Part shown: in pieces, positions 9,831 through 19,871 of the stretch
Layout: the number at the start of each line of letters is the position of its first letter
Position numbering within the stretch: the first letter of the stretch is position 1
Source: an uncultured bacterium
Lineage (GTDB): Bacteria > Babelota > Babeliae > Babelales > Babelaceae
DNA: 64,000 bases
Direction: 5' to 3'
Assembly: GCA_963848965.1 (NCBI GenBank)
Contig: CAWKFG010000004.1
Coordinates: 96,001-160,000, forward strand
Notes under the pieces: model-generated
What the model was told of the DNA's origin: nothing
Seen by the model: only the letters and a program-made list of their open reading frames with translations
Database searches by the model: none
Made by a program: the position numbers and the translations under genes

Positions 9831-10068
9831 TTTTATCTCCTTTAAATTATACGATTTTATTTAATTTATATTATAAGATATTTAATAGCAATGAAACAAT
9901 AGTTTAATAACATTAAGCCTATTGTAAAAATTAAGAACTATAGCTGCTATTAAAATTTCTATCAAGTACTCTAAAGTGTGAAAGAGATATTACAAGAAGA
10001 ACTTGGTCAAATTTTACAAGCAGAAAACCCACTCAAAAATAGTAAAATAGATCAGATTGAATTTCCTA

Positions 10069-10359
10069 CTAAATTATAGAGCAAAGAGATTGCTGATCCT
10101 CTGAACCTTCTTGAAATTCTAGAAAGTCATTAGAAATCCAATAATGACAACTGTTACATGGAACAGAAACATCCATATGTCTGAAATCAGGAAGCATCTT
10201 AAAAGTCTGCCATGTTCGACAGCTCGGACATTGAGCTGTTGCCGTGAGCATTTTTTCTGAATTTTGAGTCACTTTCTCCATTGTATCTTTAGGTTTTTGC
10301 ATTGGATACAGTGGTATAATAAAAGCTATTGATACAATAATAATAAAAAGTTTGTTCAT
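10069..10359 (-). CDS. Small secreted zinc-ribbon-like protein ending in CaaX (CSII)
   Basis: Signal peptide; CPSC and CNSC; C-terminus ...SLCSII-stop. Confidence 0.65.
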   Translation of the reverse strand: MNKLFIIIVSIAFIIPLYPMQKPKDTMEKVTQNSEKMLTATAQCPSCRTWQTFKMLPDFRHMDVSVPCNSCHYWISNDFLEFQEGSEDQQSLCSII

Positions 10360-10394
10360 AAATAACCCTTATAATTTTTACAGAATAGTAAAAA

Positions 10395-10417
10395 AGGGAG
10401 TTGATTCTCAACTCCCT
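10395..10417 (-). terminator. Terminator of ssb
   Basis: AGGGAGTTGA-TTC-TCAACTCCCT stem with a T-run on the minus strand. Confidence 0.7.
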
Positions 10418-10424
10418 CATCAAT

Positions 10425-10916
10425 TTAGAAAGGCAAATCGTCTTCGAACGCATCTTTAAATACAGCATCTGGTACTGTATCATCACTTGATGTATCTTTA
10501 TCTTTAGACTTCATAGATGCTCCTTTTGCTGGAGCTGCTTGAGAAGGAGTAATACCAGATTCATCAGTTACGCCTTCTGCTTGCTGGTTGCTGCCCAAGA
10601 AGACAACTCGTTCAGCTACAATAGCATGACGGCGTCTTGTTTGGCCTTCTGCTTCCCAAGTATCTAACTTTAAACGTCCTTCTACAAGCACTGGACGTCC
10701 TTTTTGTAGATATTGTCTACAATTGTCTGCTTGTGGTCCCCAGACTTCAACATCAACGTAACAAACTTCTTGTACAAGCAACCCTGTTTGCTTGTTACGA
10801 AATTGCCTGTTTGATGCAATACTTAATTTACAAAGCCCTTGCCCTGATTGCTGCTGCTTATAATCTGGATCTCTTGTAAGATTACCAATCATAATGATGC
10901 GATTATAACTTGCCAC
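10425..10916 (-). CDS. ssb: Single-stranded DNA-binding protein
   Basis: NRIIMIGNLTRDP, KG..V.VEGRL and C-terminal DDLPF. Confidence 0.97.
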   Translation of the reverse strand: MASYNRIIMIGNLTRDPDYKQQQSGQGLCKLSIASNRQFRNKQTGLLVQEVCYVDVEVWGPQADNCRQYLQKGRPVLVEGRLKLDTWEAEGQTRRRHAIVAERVVFLGSNQQAEGVTDESGITPSQAAPAKGASMKSKDKDTSSDDTVPDAVFKDAFEDDLPF

Positions 10917-11002
10917 TGTATACCTCTTTTTTAGTAGAAGCGTTATACTCTTTAATGAATAGTATAACAGAAATGCAAATTTAAAAAAGCGGTTCTACTC
11001 TA

Positions 11003-11392
11003 TTAAGCAGCCGATTGTGGTGTTTTAATAGAGGTTACAAACTTCTTGAGTTCAGCAAGCTCTTTGTCATACTGTTCTTTTCGCTCTCTTAATTTCTGCA
11101 AGTGTGCTGAAAGTTGCTGACGAGACGCTGTAGAAAAGAATGACTTTTTTTCTCCTTGCGCTATATCTTCAATTTGTCTGTACAGTTCTTGTTGAAGTTG
11201 AGCATTCAATTCAATAGTTTTACTTTCCTGCTGCACAAGCGTAGCAAGAAGTTCTACTGTTTCTTGACGCAATTGATTTAATGATTTTCTTTTTTCTTGC
11301 GCTGGTGTCACTAAAAAGCTTTCTCCAAAACACCAAAATGCAAATGCAAGCATAAGAAGCATGAGTGCTTTAAGCATATAATGTATCTTCAT
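11003..11392 (-). CDS. Hypothetical membrane-anchored or secreted coiled-coil protein
   Basis: Hydrophobic N-terminus; overlaps the pgsA stop, consistent with an operon. Confidence 0.7.
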   Translation of the reverse strand: MKIHYMLKALMLLMLAFAFWCFGESFLVTPAQEKRKSLNQLRQETVELLATLVQQESKTIELNAQLQQELYRQIEDIAQGEKKSFFSTASRQQLSAHLQKLRERKEQYDKELAELKKFVTSIKTPQSAA

Positions 11393-11976
11393 GATAATAA
11401 TCCTTTATAACCAATATACGTATAATGAAAGAGAGTGCCTAGTGTAAGCGCAGTTATAGTATATAAAAAAACGTAAAAAGTAGTAACCGGCATCCAATGT
11501 AAGAAAGCACAGATAAAGAGCCACCACATGAATAAAACCTGCACAACAGCTGCTAATTTTCCAAGCCACGTAGGACGTATAGAAACTGCATGTTTTACAA
11601 AGCTTACATAGCCTGCTCCTAGAACTAATAACAGCTCTTTAAGAAGTACTATTACAACGAACCAACGAGGGAGCTTAAATAACGGTGAATCAACGAATGC
11701 TAGTGTAATATAGCAAGAACCCAAGAGCAATTTATCTGCTATAGGGTCTAAGTATGCACCAAGTGGAGTCTCTTCTTGTAAGAATCGTGCTAATGCTCCA
11801 TCTATTACATCGGTAATTGCAGCACCAGTAAAAAGCACAAATGCCGTACCCCACTCGTGTATCAGCATACTATAAACAATACAAGGAATAAGTGCTATAC
11901 GAGCAAGCGTAAAGCATGTTGAAAGCGTAATAGTTTTAGGTAAAAAGAAGTTCTTATTTACTTTTGTCTCTATCAT
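11389..11976 (-). CDS. pgsA: CDP-alcohol phosphatidyltransferase (PgsA-like)
   Basis: TDVIDGALAR...LGAYLDPIADK motif; multiple TM segments. Confidence 0.88.
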   Translation of the reverse strand: MIETKVNKNFFLPKTITLSTCFTLARIALIPCIVYSMLIHEWGTAFVLFTGAAITDVIDGALARFLQEETPLGAYLDPIADKLLLGSCYITLAFVDSPLFKLPRWFVVIVLLKELLLVLGAGYVSFVKHAVSIRPTWLGKLAAVVQVLFMWWLFICAFLHWMPVTTFYVFLYTITALTLGTLFHYTYIGYKGLLS

Positions 11977-13030
11977 ACTGAGTAATTACCCCACCACCAA
12001 GACATTGTGTTCCATCGTATATAACAGCAAATTGACCAGCAGCAATACCCTGATCCCGTTCCTGCAGCTTGATCATATAGCACTGATCATCAAGCTTTGT
12101 CACTGTTCCTTTATGGCATCTAACGCCATGACGTACTTTAATAGAGTACTCGTTACCTGATGTAGGCACATCGCCAATCCAATTGCACGCCATTATGTTA
12201 AATGTATCACGCACTTTGTCTTCTGTATAGTAGGCACGAGAAATGAGCACGGTATTTGTTTCTGGATTTTTTGAAACAACATACCATGGCCCTCCAGGAA
12301 GACCAAGTCCTTGGCGTTGCCCAACAGTGTAATACCAAAAGCCCTTATGCTTTCCTAGCACTTTACCCGTTTCATATTCAACAAGATCACCTTCTTTATC
12401 GCCCATATGATGGCGAATAAAGTCACTAAACTTGAGTTTACCCAAAAAGCAGATACCCTGGCTATCTTTACGATCTTTATTGGGTAGATTATATGCAAGA
12501 GCTTTTTGACGTACTTCTTTTTTACTCATATGTCCAATAGGAAAGAGAGCGCGCTTAAGCTGCGCTTGGTTTACATGAGATAGAAAATAGGTTTGATCTT
12601 TTATAGGATCCGGAGCAGTAAAAAGCAGAGAGCGGTCACTTGCATGCTTCACTTGAGCATAATGGCCTGTTGCTACATAATCAAAAGAGTCACCTATATA
12701 CTTTAAAAATGCACCAAACTTCACTCGTTGATTACACAAAATGTCAGGGTTAGGGGTACGCCCTGCCTTAATTTCTGCAATAGTATAGGCAACCACTTCA
12801 TCCCAATATTCTCTTTGAAAGGAAACTACCTCTAAAGGAACATTCGCTTGTTTGCATACTGCTTCTACATATGCTAGATCTTCTTGCCAAGGACAGGTGC
12901 CCAAATAAGAAAGTTCATCTTCAAGCCAGATCTTTAAATAAAAGGCAGTAACCGCATAACCCTGCTCCTGCAATAAACGCAAAGCAACAGAGCTATCAAC
13001 TCCTCCTGAAACTAATACGGCTACCTTCAT
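11954..13030 (-). CDS. mnmA: tRNA 2-thiouridylase MnmA
   Basis: SGGVDS, TPNPDILCN, ATGHYA, KDQTYFL and DSQGICF motifs. Confidence 0.97.
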   Translation of the reverse strand: MKVAVLVSGGVDSSVALRLLQEQGYAVTAFYLKIWLEDELSYLGTCPWQEDLAYVEAVCKQANVPLEVVSFQREYWDEVVAYTIAEIKAGRTPNPDILCNQRVKFGAFLKYIGDSFDYVATGHYAQVKHASDRSLLFTAPDPIKDQTYFLSHVNQAQLKRALFPIGHMSKKEVRQKALAYNLPNKDRKDSQGICFLGKLKFSDFIRHHMGDKEGDLVEYETGKVLGKHKGFWYYTVGQRQGLGLPGGPWYVVSKNPETNTVLISRAYYTEDKVRDTFNIMACNWIGDVPTSGNEYSIKVRHGVRCHKGTVTKLDDQCYMIKLQERDQGIAAGQFAVIYDGTQCLGGGVITQYDRDKSK

Positions 13031-13163
13031 ATTTTTTCTTTCAAATAGAAAATATAACAGTGTCTATTATACTTCTTATTATACACAGATAGAAAAAAAT
13101 GACAAGATGCTCTAAAGCAGCCCTGCTTATAAAACTTTAATAAAATAAAGAAAAAAGGTGTCG

Positions 13164-13187
13164 TAAAGGGCCTCTTTGGGCCCTTTA
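13164..13187 (-). terminator. Terminator after Gly/Pro peptide A
   Basis: TAAAGGGCC...GGCCCTTTA stem immediately after the stop. Confidence 0.6.
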
Positions 13188-13189
13188 AT

Positions 13190-13471
13190 TTATGGTTGAC
13201 CTTGACCAAATTGAGTAGCAGTTCCTCGACCTTGACCTGGCTGAACAACAGTTCCAACTGATGGTTCTGCAAGGGTACCACCACCTGGTTCTTGTGTCAC
13301 TACAATGAAGGTAGGTGTGCCTCCTGGAGTTCCTGTAGTCACTACCGCTTCACCCGGTATAACCCCTCGAGCTCCTTCTGGTTGTGCTATAAATACTGAT
13401 GTAGGGCCAGGTTCTCCACCACCAAACAAACCTGCTGTAAAAAACATTGAGATTAAAAGCATGATCTTCAT
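13190..13471 (-). CDS. Secreted Gly/Pro/Thr-rich peptide A (93 aa)
   Basis: AAGGAG RBS 6 nt before MKIMLL; paralog of 16984-17265 (shared EPGP and VGTVVQPGQG..ATQ.G). Confidence 0.75.
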   Translation of the reverse strand: MKIMLLISMFFTAGLFGGGEPGPTSVFIAQPEGARGVIPGEAVVTTGTPGGTPTFIVVTQEPGGGTLAEPSVGTVVQPGQGRGTATQFGQGQP

Positions 13472-13677
13472 CATATACTCCTTTGTTAAGATTATTATTT
13501 TCATTATTGTAAGAGTACCGTGTATTTATCAAATCATTCAATAAAAACAGACATTTTTTTCTTGAAAAGTGCTCTAAAATGCACTATTTTCAGCAAGTTC
13601 TAGTAGTAAAAAGAATAGTTGCTACTATATAAAGCTAATAATAAAAAAAGGCCCCCTAAGGAGCCCTTGATAAAAGG

Positions 13678-15252
13678 TTAACTACATTCAGGCCGGCAAA
13701 AAAGTTGAACTGGACAGAATTTGCCTTGTAAAGCAACTGAAAAAGCATTGTTGCAAATTCGCGCAAAACCATCAGTATCAATACCAAAGAAAGGTGGATA
13801 AATATTAATAAAGCTAAACACTTCAAAATATTCTTCAATGAACTCTTCTGGATCTATACCCTGCCCTCGTAAGCAATCCTGAAATTGAGGACTTATAAGA
13901 ATATCTCCAAATGTTTGAAATGGCCCTTGCGGTGTTAATGGAATCTTACACACAATGCTTAAAAATGGTCCAAAGTTAGCAAGCGAGATTTGATTGACAG
14001 CAACAGGATCTGCATTAATAGCTCGTATTGCTAAATCTAAAAATGTTTTTGGACGAGCTTCTTCATCCGACTCTAAAATTTCTGCTGTAGCTTCTAACAC
14101 TGGAAATACGAGTGCTGACTGAATATCATTAGAAGGAGTAAAAATTTCTGATTGAGGGAACGTTGCCCCTAGAACTGTTTGAAAGTTAAGCGGTATCTTT
14201 AAGCTTTCAAGCAACTGCGCAAAGAGCTTAGCGCCAGTTGTATCAATAAACGGCTCATTTGCTCCACTATCAAGATAAAGACATTTAGAACGTAGTTGCT
14301 CTTGTACAGATCTGCTCTTTTGAACGAGAGTATAAGGATCATTACGTAACCACCTTTGAAGAACACTCCTATTTGGAGTAAGCTTACCATTAGTAATCAC
14401 AGGAGAAAAATCCTCATTAACAAGGATAGGCAAATCAACTTTAAATGGTTCTTTTTCTACATTAGGACTCAAAGCAGCAGAAAGCGCAAAAAGCTGATAA
14501 GTATTCGGACCATTAGTTGGCACTACCTTTCCTGCTCCTGGACCTGCACCTGGAATTTCAAGCAATACTTTATTGTAAAAATCAGGATTAAATACCTGAG
14601 GTGCCATTGCAATAATAGTCGAAGGACTATGAGCTGCCACTGCTCCGTATACATCTGGATGCTTTATAGTAAGGAGAAATGCTGCATAAGCACCCATTGA
14701 ATGCCCAGCGATTTGTGTTGAAGCCGCATCAGTTCTTGTTCTATAATGCTCATTAACAAAAGTACGAAGCTCATTAACAATATAGTCTTCAAAGTTACCA
14801 TTAAGCTCTGAATTTACGAAAAAGCTTCCAAGATATCCATTACTTAAGCTTCCATCAGGTTTGACTATAATGACTGGCGGCAACTGCCCTGTTTCAATTA
14901 ACAAGTCAACAACGGGAAAAATACTTGCATAACTTGAGAAATTCTGACCAAAGCCATGAAGAAAATAGATCACTGGATATTGCTCTGTATTACCAGCGTC
15001 ATTATATCCTCGAGGAAGATATACTTCAAAATATCTAAATGGATCTTCTGCTGATTCCTGATTTGTCGGAGATGGTCCTACATTTGTAGTAGGCGCAAAT
15101 CCATCATAGACAAGCAAGCTTCCTGATTGAGTTTGTCGAACTACGCTTTTTTTTACGCCTTTAGGGCACGATTTACAACTTTTTGCATTGATGAATAAGG
15201 GCGAGAATACTAATAATGCAAGCCCAAGAAATTGTAGAGTTAATCTTTTCAT
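13678..15252 (-). CDS. Secreted alpha/beta-hydrolase (putative esterase family)
   Basis: VYLPRGY, YPVIYFLHG and nucleophile elbow GHSMG; signal peptide. Confidence 0.88.
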   Translation of the reverse strand: MKRLTLQFLGLALLVFSPLFINAKSCKSCPKGVKKSVVRQTQSGSLLVYDGFAPTTNVGPSPTNQESAEDPFRYFEVYLPRGYNDAGNTEQYPVIYFLHGFGQNFSSYASIFPVVDLLIETGQLPPVIIVKPDGSLSNGYLGSFFVNSELNGNFEDYIVNELRTFVNEHYRTRTDAASTQIAGHSMGAYAAFLLTIKHPDVYGAVAAHSPSTIIAMAPQVFNPDFYNKVLLEIPGAGPGAGKVVPTNGPNTYQLFALSAALSPNVEKEPFKVDLPILVNEDFSPVITNGKLTPNRSVLQRWLRNDPYTLVQKSRSVQEQLRSKCLYLDSGANEPFIDTTGAKLFAQLLESLKIPLNFQTVLGATFPQSEIFTPSNDIQSALVFPVLEATAEILESDEEARPKTFLDLAIRAINADPVAVNQISLANFGPFLSIVCKIPLTPQGPFQTFGDILISPQFQDCLRGQGIDPEEFIEEYFEVFSFINIYPPFFGIDTDGFARICNNAFSVALQGKFCPVQLFCRPECS

Positions 15253-15275
15253 AAGGTCCTTATAGCTTATAATTT

Positions 15276-16727
15276 TTACTGTGCACCCAAACGTTGTTCA
15301 AAATACGGAGTATAAAAGATACCATTTGGATCAAAGATTCGACGTACTGCATTAAATGCATCAACATTTTGTTTGCCGTACAGTCTAATAGTTTTTTCGA
15401 CTGTTAAAAACTCTGGATTATTACCCCATGAAGGACGTCCTTCATATTTAAGCAAGATATCATTAAAATCTCGCAAAATATTTGTAGCTTGTTCAGATTT
15501 ATCTGGGAAGATAATAATGAATCCAATAAGCCATGAAGGTCTATTTGTCGGACTTAAATATGAAAAGTTTGCATCAGAAACAAAACGTACTTCAGAGGTT
15601 GCTATAAACTCAATACCTCGTGCTTTATAGTCTTGGACAAGCTTTACAAAATCAGCAAGTGCTTGACGAACAAACTCTGCTCGCACAGAAAGCTCATTAA
15701 TACGAGCACGGCTTACAGCACTTTCATGAAAGAAGGAAACTGACTTATAAAAGAATTCAACTACACCAGAAGCAATTCCTCCTGCAATAATAGCTTCGTT
15801 AATAGCTGCATATGCAGAAACAGGTAATAGCGGGTTTACAATAGCATTTACTTCTCCTACAGCAGCAGAGTTTGCAAGATAGCGTGCAAAATTACGTGTG
15901 CTATTATTTGTTACTGGAGCATTAGTTACATTAAAAGTCTGTACTAGTGTTGATTCACTTACCGGATCTAGCAATAATTGAAAATGCTCTTGAGTTGCAA
16001 GCAATCTATCAATTTTAGGAACTACAGTAGCAAGCGGAACTACTTCAGCAACAACATCGCGCTTAGTAGCAGGAAAGCACTGTAATGTAGCAGCATAAAT
16101 AACACCAAGCACTCCTAAGCTCACACGTGCTGCAGGAAGCCATTCAGGATGAGATGATGATGACACAATTTGCAAATTACCTCGCCCATCAACAAATTGA
16201 ATCTCAAGCGCTGCATCTGCATAACTGCCATGACGCCCACTACCATGAACAGCATTAGCCAACATACCGCCAACAGTAATTTCATATGCACCTGGCTGAT
16301 CTATTAATTCCAAGCCATGCTTTGCAAGTTCTCGAGATAAGTTATAAAGACTTACGCCCCCTTGCGCTTTTACCGTCATTTTATGAAGATCTATTTCTAA
16401 TATCTTATCTAAACCGCGCATGCTAATAAGATAATTATCCTCTCCTACTTCTACATCTCCGCCACCTGGTTCACCCTCTCCTGGAAACCCTGCAATAACA
16501 GAATGTAATCCTCCAAAAGGTCGTATTTTCTTTCCATCAGTTATAGCAGTACGTACTGTAGCTTGTAATTCTTCTAATGTTCGTGGCATAAAAATGCGTG
16601 CTGCACACGTAGTATTTCCTGAAGAATCTATTATACAATTACCATTCTCACCTTCATGAGCAATAACCTGAAAAATATGTAACAGAGAATAGCATATAAT
16701 TATTCTTTGCATGATGAAATAATTCAT
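15276..16727 (-). CDS. FAD-linked oxidase (aldonolactone oxidase / VAO family)
   Basis: PRTLEEL, RPFGGLHS, ITVGG..ANAVHGSG, SLGVLGVI and FDPNGIF motifs. Confidence 0.88.
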   Translation of the reverse strand: MNYFIMQRIIICYSLLHIFQVIAHEGENGNCIIDSSGNTTCAARIFMPRTLEELQATVRTAITDGKKIRPFGGLHSVIAGFPGEGEPGGGDVEVGEDNYLISMRGLDKILEIDLHKMTVKAQGGVSLYNLSRELAKHGLELIDQPGAYEITVGGMLANAVHGSGRHGSYADAALEIQFVDGRGNLQIVSSSSHPEWLPAARVSLGVLGVIYAATLQCFPATKRDVVAEVVPLATVVPKIDRLLATQEHFQLLLDPVSESTLVQTFNVTNAPVTNNSTRNFARYLANSAAVGEVNAIVNPLLPVSAYAAINEAIIAGGIASGVVEFFYKSVSFFHESAVSRARINELSVRAEFVRQALADFVKLVQDYKARGIEFIATSEVRFVSDANFSYLSPTNRPSWLIGFIIIFPDKSEQATNILRDFNDILLKYEGRPSWGNNPEFLTVEKTIRLYGKQNVDAFNAVRRIFDPNGIFYTPYFEQRLGAQ

Positions 16728-16959
16728 TGATCTCCTTTTTTTAAAGAGCGGCTCTAGTATTGAAGATCAAAATTACTTCCTGGCTTTGAGAATGTCAACC
16801 AAAACTATTTGTTCATCTTGTATATTACTGAAGAGATTTATAATTCTTCTCTTTAAGAAGTAGGAGCTCAGATACAGGTATTACTATATATTTTGCGCGA
16901 AAGTTCTACAATTGAAGTTGTAAAGGAGAAGACTAGATATGGAATTGCTAAATAGCCGC

Positions 16960-16979
16960 AAGGGCTCAATTGAGCCCTT
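16960..16979 (-). terminator. Palindromic terminator after Gly/Pro peptide B
   Basis: AAGGGCTCAATTGAGCCCTT perfect palindrome just after the stop. Confidence 0.6.
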
Positions 16980-16983
16980 TTAT

Positions 16984-17265
16984 TTATGGTCTACCAATTT
17001 GTGTAGCAGGACCTTGCCCAGGTTGTACCACTGTACCAACTGCTATAGGCATCTCTGGACCAGAGCCAGACTCTTGTACTACTGAAATAACTCGAGGCCG
17101 CCCAGTTACATCTCCTCTAAAACTAGTAGTCATTCCTTCTTGTGGTATAATAGTTCGCCTTGCTCCTCCAGGATATCGTATTGATATAACCTCAGGACCA
17201 GGTTCAGATCCAGCACCAAAAAGTGCGGTAGTTAAAAATAATGCAAATAAAAGCATAATCTTCAT
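16984..17265 (-). CDS. Secreted Gly/Pro/Thr-rich peptide B (93 aa)
   Basis: AAGGAG RBS; paralog of 13190-13471. Confidence 0.75.
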   Translation of the reverse strand: MKIMLLFALFLTTALFGAGSEPGPEVISIRYPGGARRTIIPQEGMTTSFRGDVTGRPRVISVVQESGSGPEMPIAVGTVVQPGQGPATQIGRP

Positions 17266-17550
17266 AGCATACTCCTTTATTGTAATTGTTATTTAATTTA
17301 TTAAAGTAATAGTATCACGTATTAAGCACAACATTCAATTAAAAACAGTATTTTTCGCTTAAAACCCTCTTCAAAACAACATTTTCAATAATTTATACTT
17401 AAAAAAACATTTTTAGCGCTACCAAAATCGACTTTTTTAGAGCTTCTTCTAAAAGTCAACCATGTATTAACCACTATATAATTCACAGAGCTTCCAGAGT
17501 GTGGTATTCTTGAAATACGATAAAAATATACTGCAGCTTCAGGAGGCATC

Positions 17551-19212
17551 ATGAATAGTATTGAACACATTCAAAAAAGTTTTACCGATTTTGTTCAAAA
17601 ACAGTTTTCTGTAGATCTTACAAAGCTTCCTCTGTTTGTTTTTAATCTCAATACAAGTAGTGTCAAAGAGCAGTTTGGTGATATAAGTACCAATATCCCT
17701 TTTATCTTAGCTAAAGAGCTTAAAAAGAACCCTCAAGAGATAGCCGCTTCTATTACCAAAGGTATACAAAATCAGTATATCCAAAAGTTAGAAGTAGCAG
17801 GAGCAGGTTTTATTAACATCTATCTTACTCATGAAGCAGTACAACTTTTAGCGCAGCAGTTAGGAGCTGAAAAAGACTCATTCTTCAAACTTCCTAGTAC
17901 TGCACCACATCACAATTATTCAGTAGAATTTGTAAGCGCTAATCCTACAGGACCATTACATCTTGGCCACGGACGAGGTGGCATTATAGGAGATGTTCTC
18001 GGTAATATATTAAGATTTTTAGGTAACTCTGTAACAAAAGAATTTTACATTAATGATGCAGGCTCCCAAATGCAAAAACTAGGAGAGTCATTTAAAATAC
18101 GGTGTGAACAGCTTGCAGGATTTCCAGTACAAATTTCTGAAGAAGGCTATCACGGTGAATATCTTATTGAACTTGCAGAACAAGCACGTAAAGAATATGG
18201 CGATGCCCTTTCAAAACAGTCTGCTGAGTTTTATATAACCTACGCACATACACATCTTCTTAAAGCAATAGAAAATACACTTAAAAAATATGGTATCTCA
18301 TTTGACGTTTGGTTCTCTGAATCTCAACTTCACAAGAATGATGCAATAGCTCATGCAATTGCTTTTCTTATAGAAAGAGGCTATATCTACGAGCATGATA
18401 AAGCTCTTTGGTTTAAATCTACTGCATTTGGTGATGATAAAGATCGTGTTATCAAAAAGAATACAGGTGAGTTTACTTATGTAGCAGCAGATATAGCCTA
18501 TCTACAGAATAAAATGCAACGGGGCTTTGATAAGCTCATCATGATCTTAGGACAAGACCATCATAGCTACGTTACCCGCTTGAAAGCAGTCATGTCTGCT
18601 CTTGGCTATGATCCAGATCGATTAGACGTTATCCTTTATCAATTAGTAACTATAAAAGAAAGTGGTACTGCTTTACGTATGTCAAAACGTGCAGGACGAA
18701 TTGTTACGCTTAACGATGTTATTGATGAAGTAGGCGTAGATGTTGCACGATTCTTTTACCTTAACAAAAAAGCAGATGCGCACTTAGAGTTTGATATAGA
18801 TCTTGCTCTCAAGCAAACAGATGAAAATCCTGTCTATTATATTCAATATGCATATGTACGAATTAAGAGCATACTTGAAAAAGCTCAGCACGAAGAGTTT
18901 GTACAACAGCTGAGTAACATAACCCCTGCCGATAGTAAGTATATTACGGATGCGGAAAAGACACTCATTAAAAAGATAGCTACTCTTAAAGACCTCTTAG
19001 CATCTATTTCGCATAACTATCAAACGCACTTGCTTGCTTATTATGTTATTGAGCTTGCTCAAGCATTTCATAGCTATTATAATGCACATAAAGTTATTGA
19101 TAAAAACAATCTAGAACAAAGTAGAGGGCGCCTGTTTGTTATATCGCTGGTACAACAAACACTCAAAACGTGCTTTGACCTTTTAGGGATAAGCTCCCCT
19201 GAAAAGATGTGA
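17551..19212 (+). CDS. argS: Arginine--tRNA ligase
   Basis: VEFVSANPTGPLHLGHGR (HIGH-type), MSKRAG and YYIQYAY motifs. Confidence 0.97.
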   Translation: MNSIEHIQKSFTDFVQKQFSVDLTKLPLFVFNLNTSSVKEQFGDISTNIPFILAKELKKNPQEIAASITKGIQNQYIQKLEVAGAGFINIYLTHEAVQLLAQQLGAEKDSFFKLPSTAPHHNYSVEFVSANPTGPLHLGHGRGGIIGDVLGNILRFLGNSVTKEFYINDAGSQMQKLGESFKIRCEQLAGFPVQISEEGYHGEYLIELAEQARKEYGDALSKQSAEFYITYAHTHLLKAIENTLKKYGISFDVWFSESQLHKNDAIAHAIAFLIERGYIYEHDKALWFKSTAFGDDKDRVIKKNTGEFTYVAADIAYLQNKMQRGFDKLIMILGQDHHSYVTRLKAVMSALGYDPDRLDVILYQLVTIKESGTALRMSKRAGRIVTLNDVIDEVGVDVARFFYLNKKADAHLEFDIDLALKQTDENPVYYIQYAYVRIKSILEKAQHEEFVQQLSNITPADSKYITDAEKTLIKKIATLKDLLASISHNYQTHLLAYYVIELAQAFHSYYNAHKVIDKNNLEQSRGRLFVISLVQQTLKTCFDLLGISSPEKM

Positions 19213-19674
19213 TTAAGTAGCTTTCTCTGCTTCCTTAGCACTCGATACTTGAGGAAAAGAATATTCACTTATTTCATCTTTTTGCTTGTCTTTTTCTCCA
19301 CGATTTAGAACTTGTGCTAATTTCTTAAGAAGAATAATTCTAAAAGAGTATTTCTCTAATTTTTTTTCCTGCTCTGTAGCACAGTTACGGCCTATAGCAG
19401 TTGTTATTCTTTTTAAAAGATAGAGACCAGAACCGACAAGAGCTCCTTTTCCAAAAGACATAAGGTTATCTTGTGTATGACATACTTCTCCATGCCTTAA
19501 GCGAGCATAAAGATTGGTATAAGTATAACACAAGAAAGGAATCGTAAAATCTCCTGTATAACCACTGTAGGCTCCTGCAAGAAAGTGTCCATCTGCTTTA
19601 ATGTCTTGTATAGCACTTGCAACAAATAGACTCATAAGTATACTCAATACTAGCTTTTGCATATATTCCTCCAA
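19213..19674 (-). CDS. Hypothetical secreted/membrane protein
   Basis: GGAGG RBS before MQKLVLS; hydrophobic N-terminus. Confidence 0.6.
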   Translation of the reverse strand: MEEYMQKLVLSILMSLFVASAIQDIKADGHFLAGAYSGYTGDFTIPFLCYTYTNLYARLRHGEVCHTQDNLMSFGKGALVGSGLYLLKRITTAIGRNCATEQEKKLEKYSFRIILLKKLAQVLNRGEKDKQKDEISEYSFPQVSSAKEAEKAT

Positions 19675-19871
19675 ACAAAAATGTACACTACTGTTCTAAA
19701 TGATACCTTAACGATAGCAAAAAGAGCTATAAAAACAACTGGTTACAACAGAAATAACTTATAGTACACTAGAAAAGCGTCTTAAGAAAAAAGCAAACTA
19801 TTGAAAAAATAATTTCAAATTATTTAAAATAAATATACGTTAGCCTCTGGAGTACCTGGAGGTTTATTATA

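Noticed and set aside
13678..16727. Esterase and oxidase as lasso maturation enzymes
   Set aside because: Neither is an asparagine-synthetase-like cyclase or a transglutaminase-like peptidase, and they lie 10 kb from the precursors.
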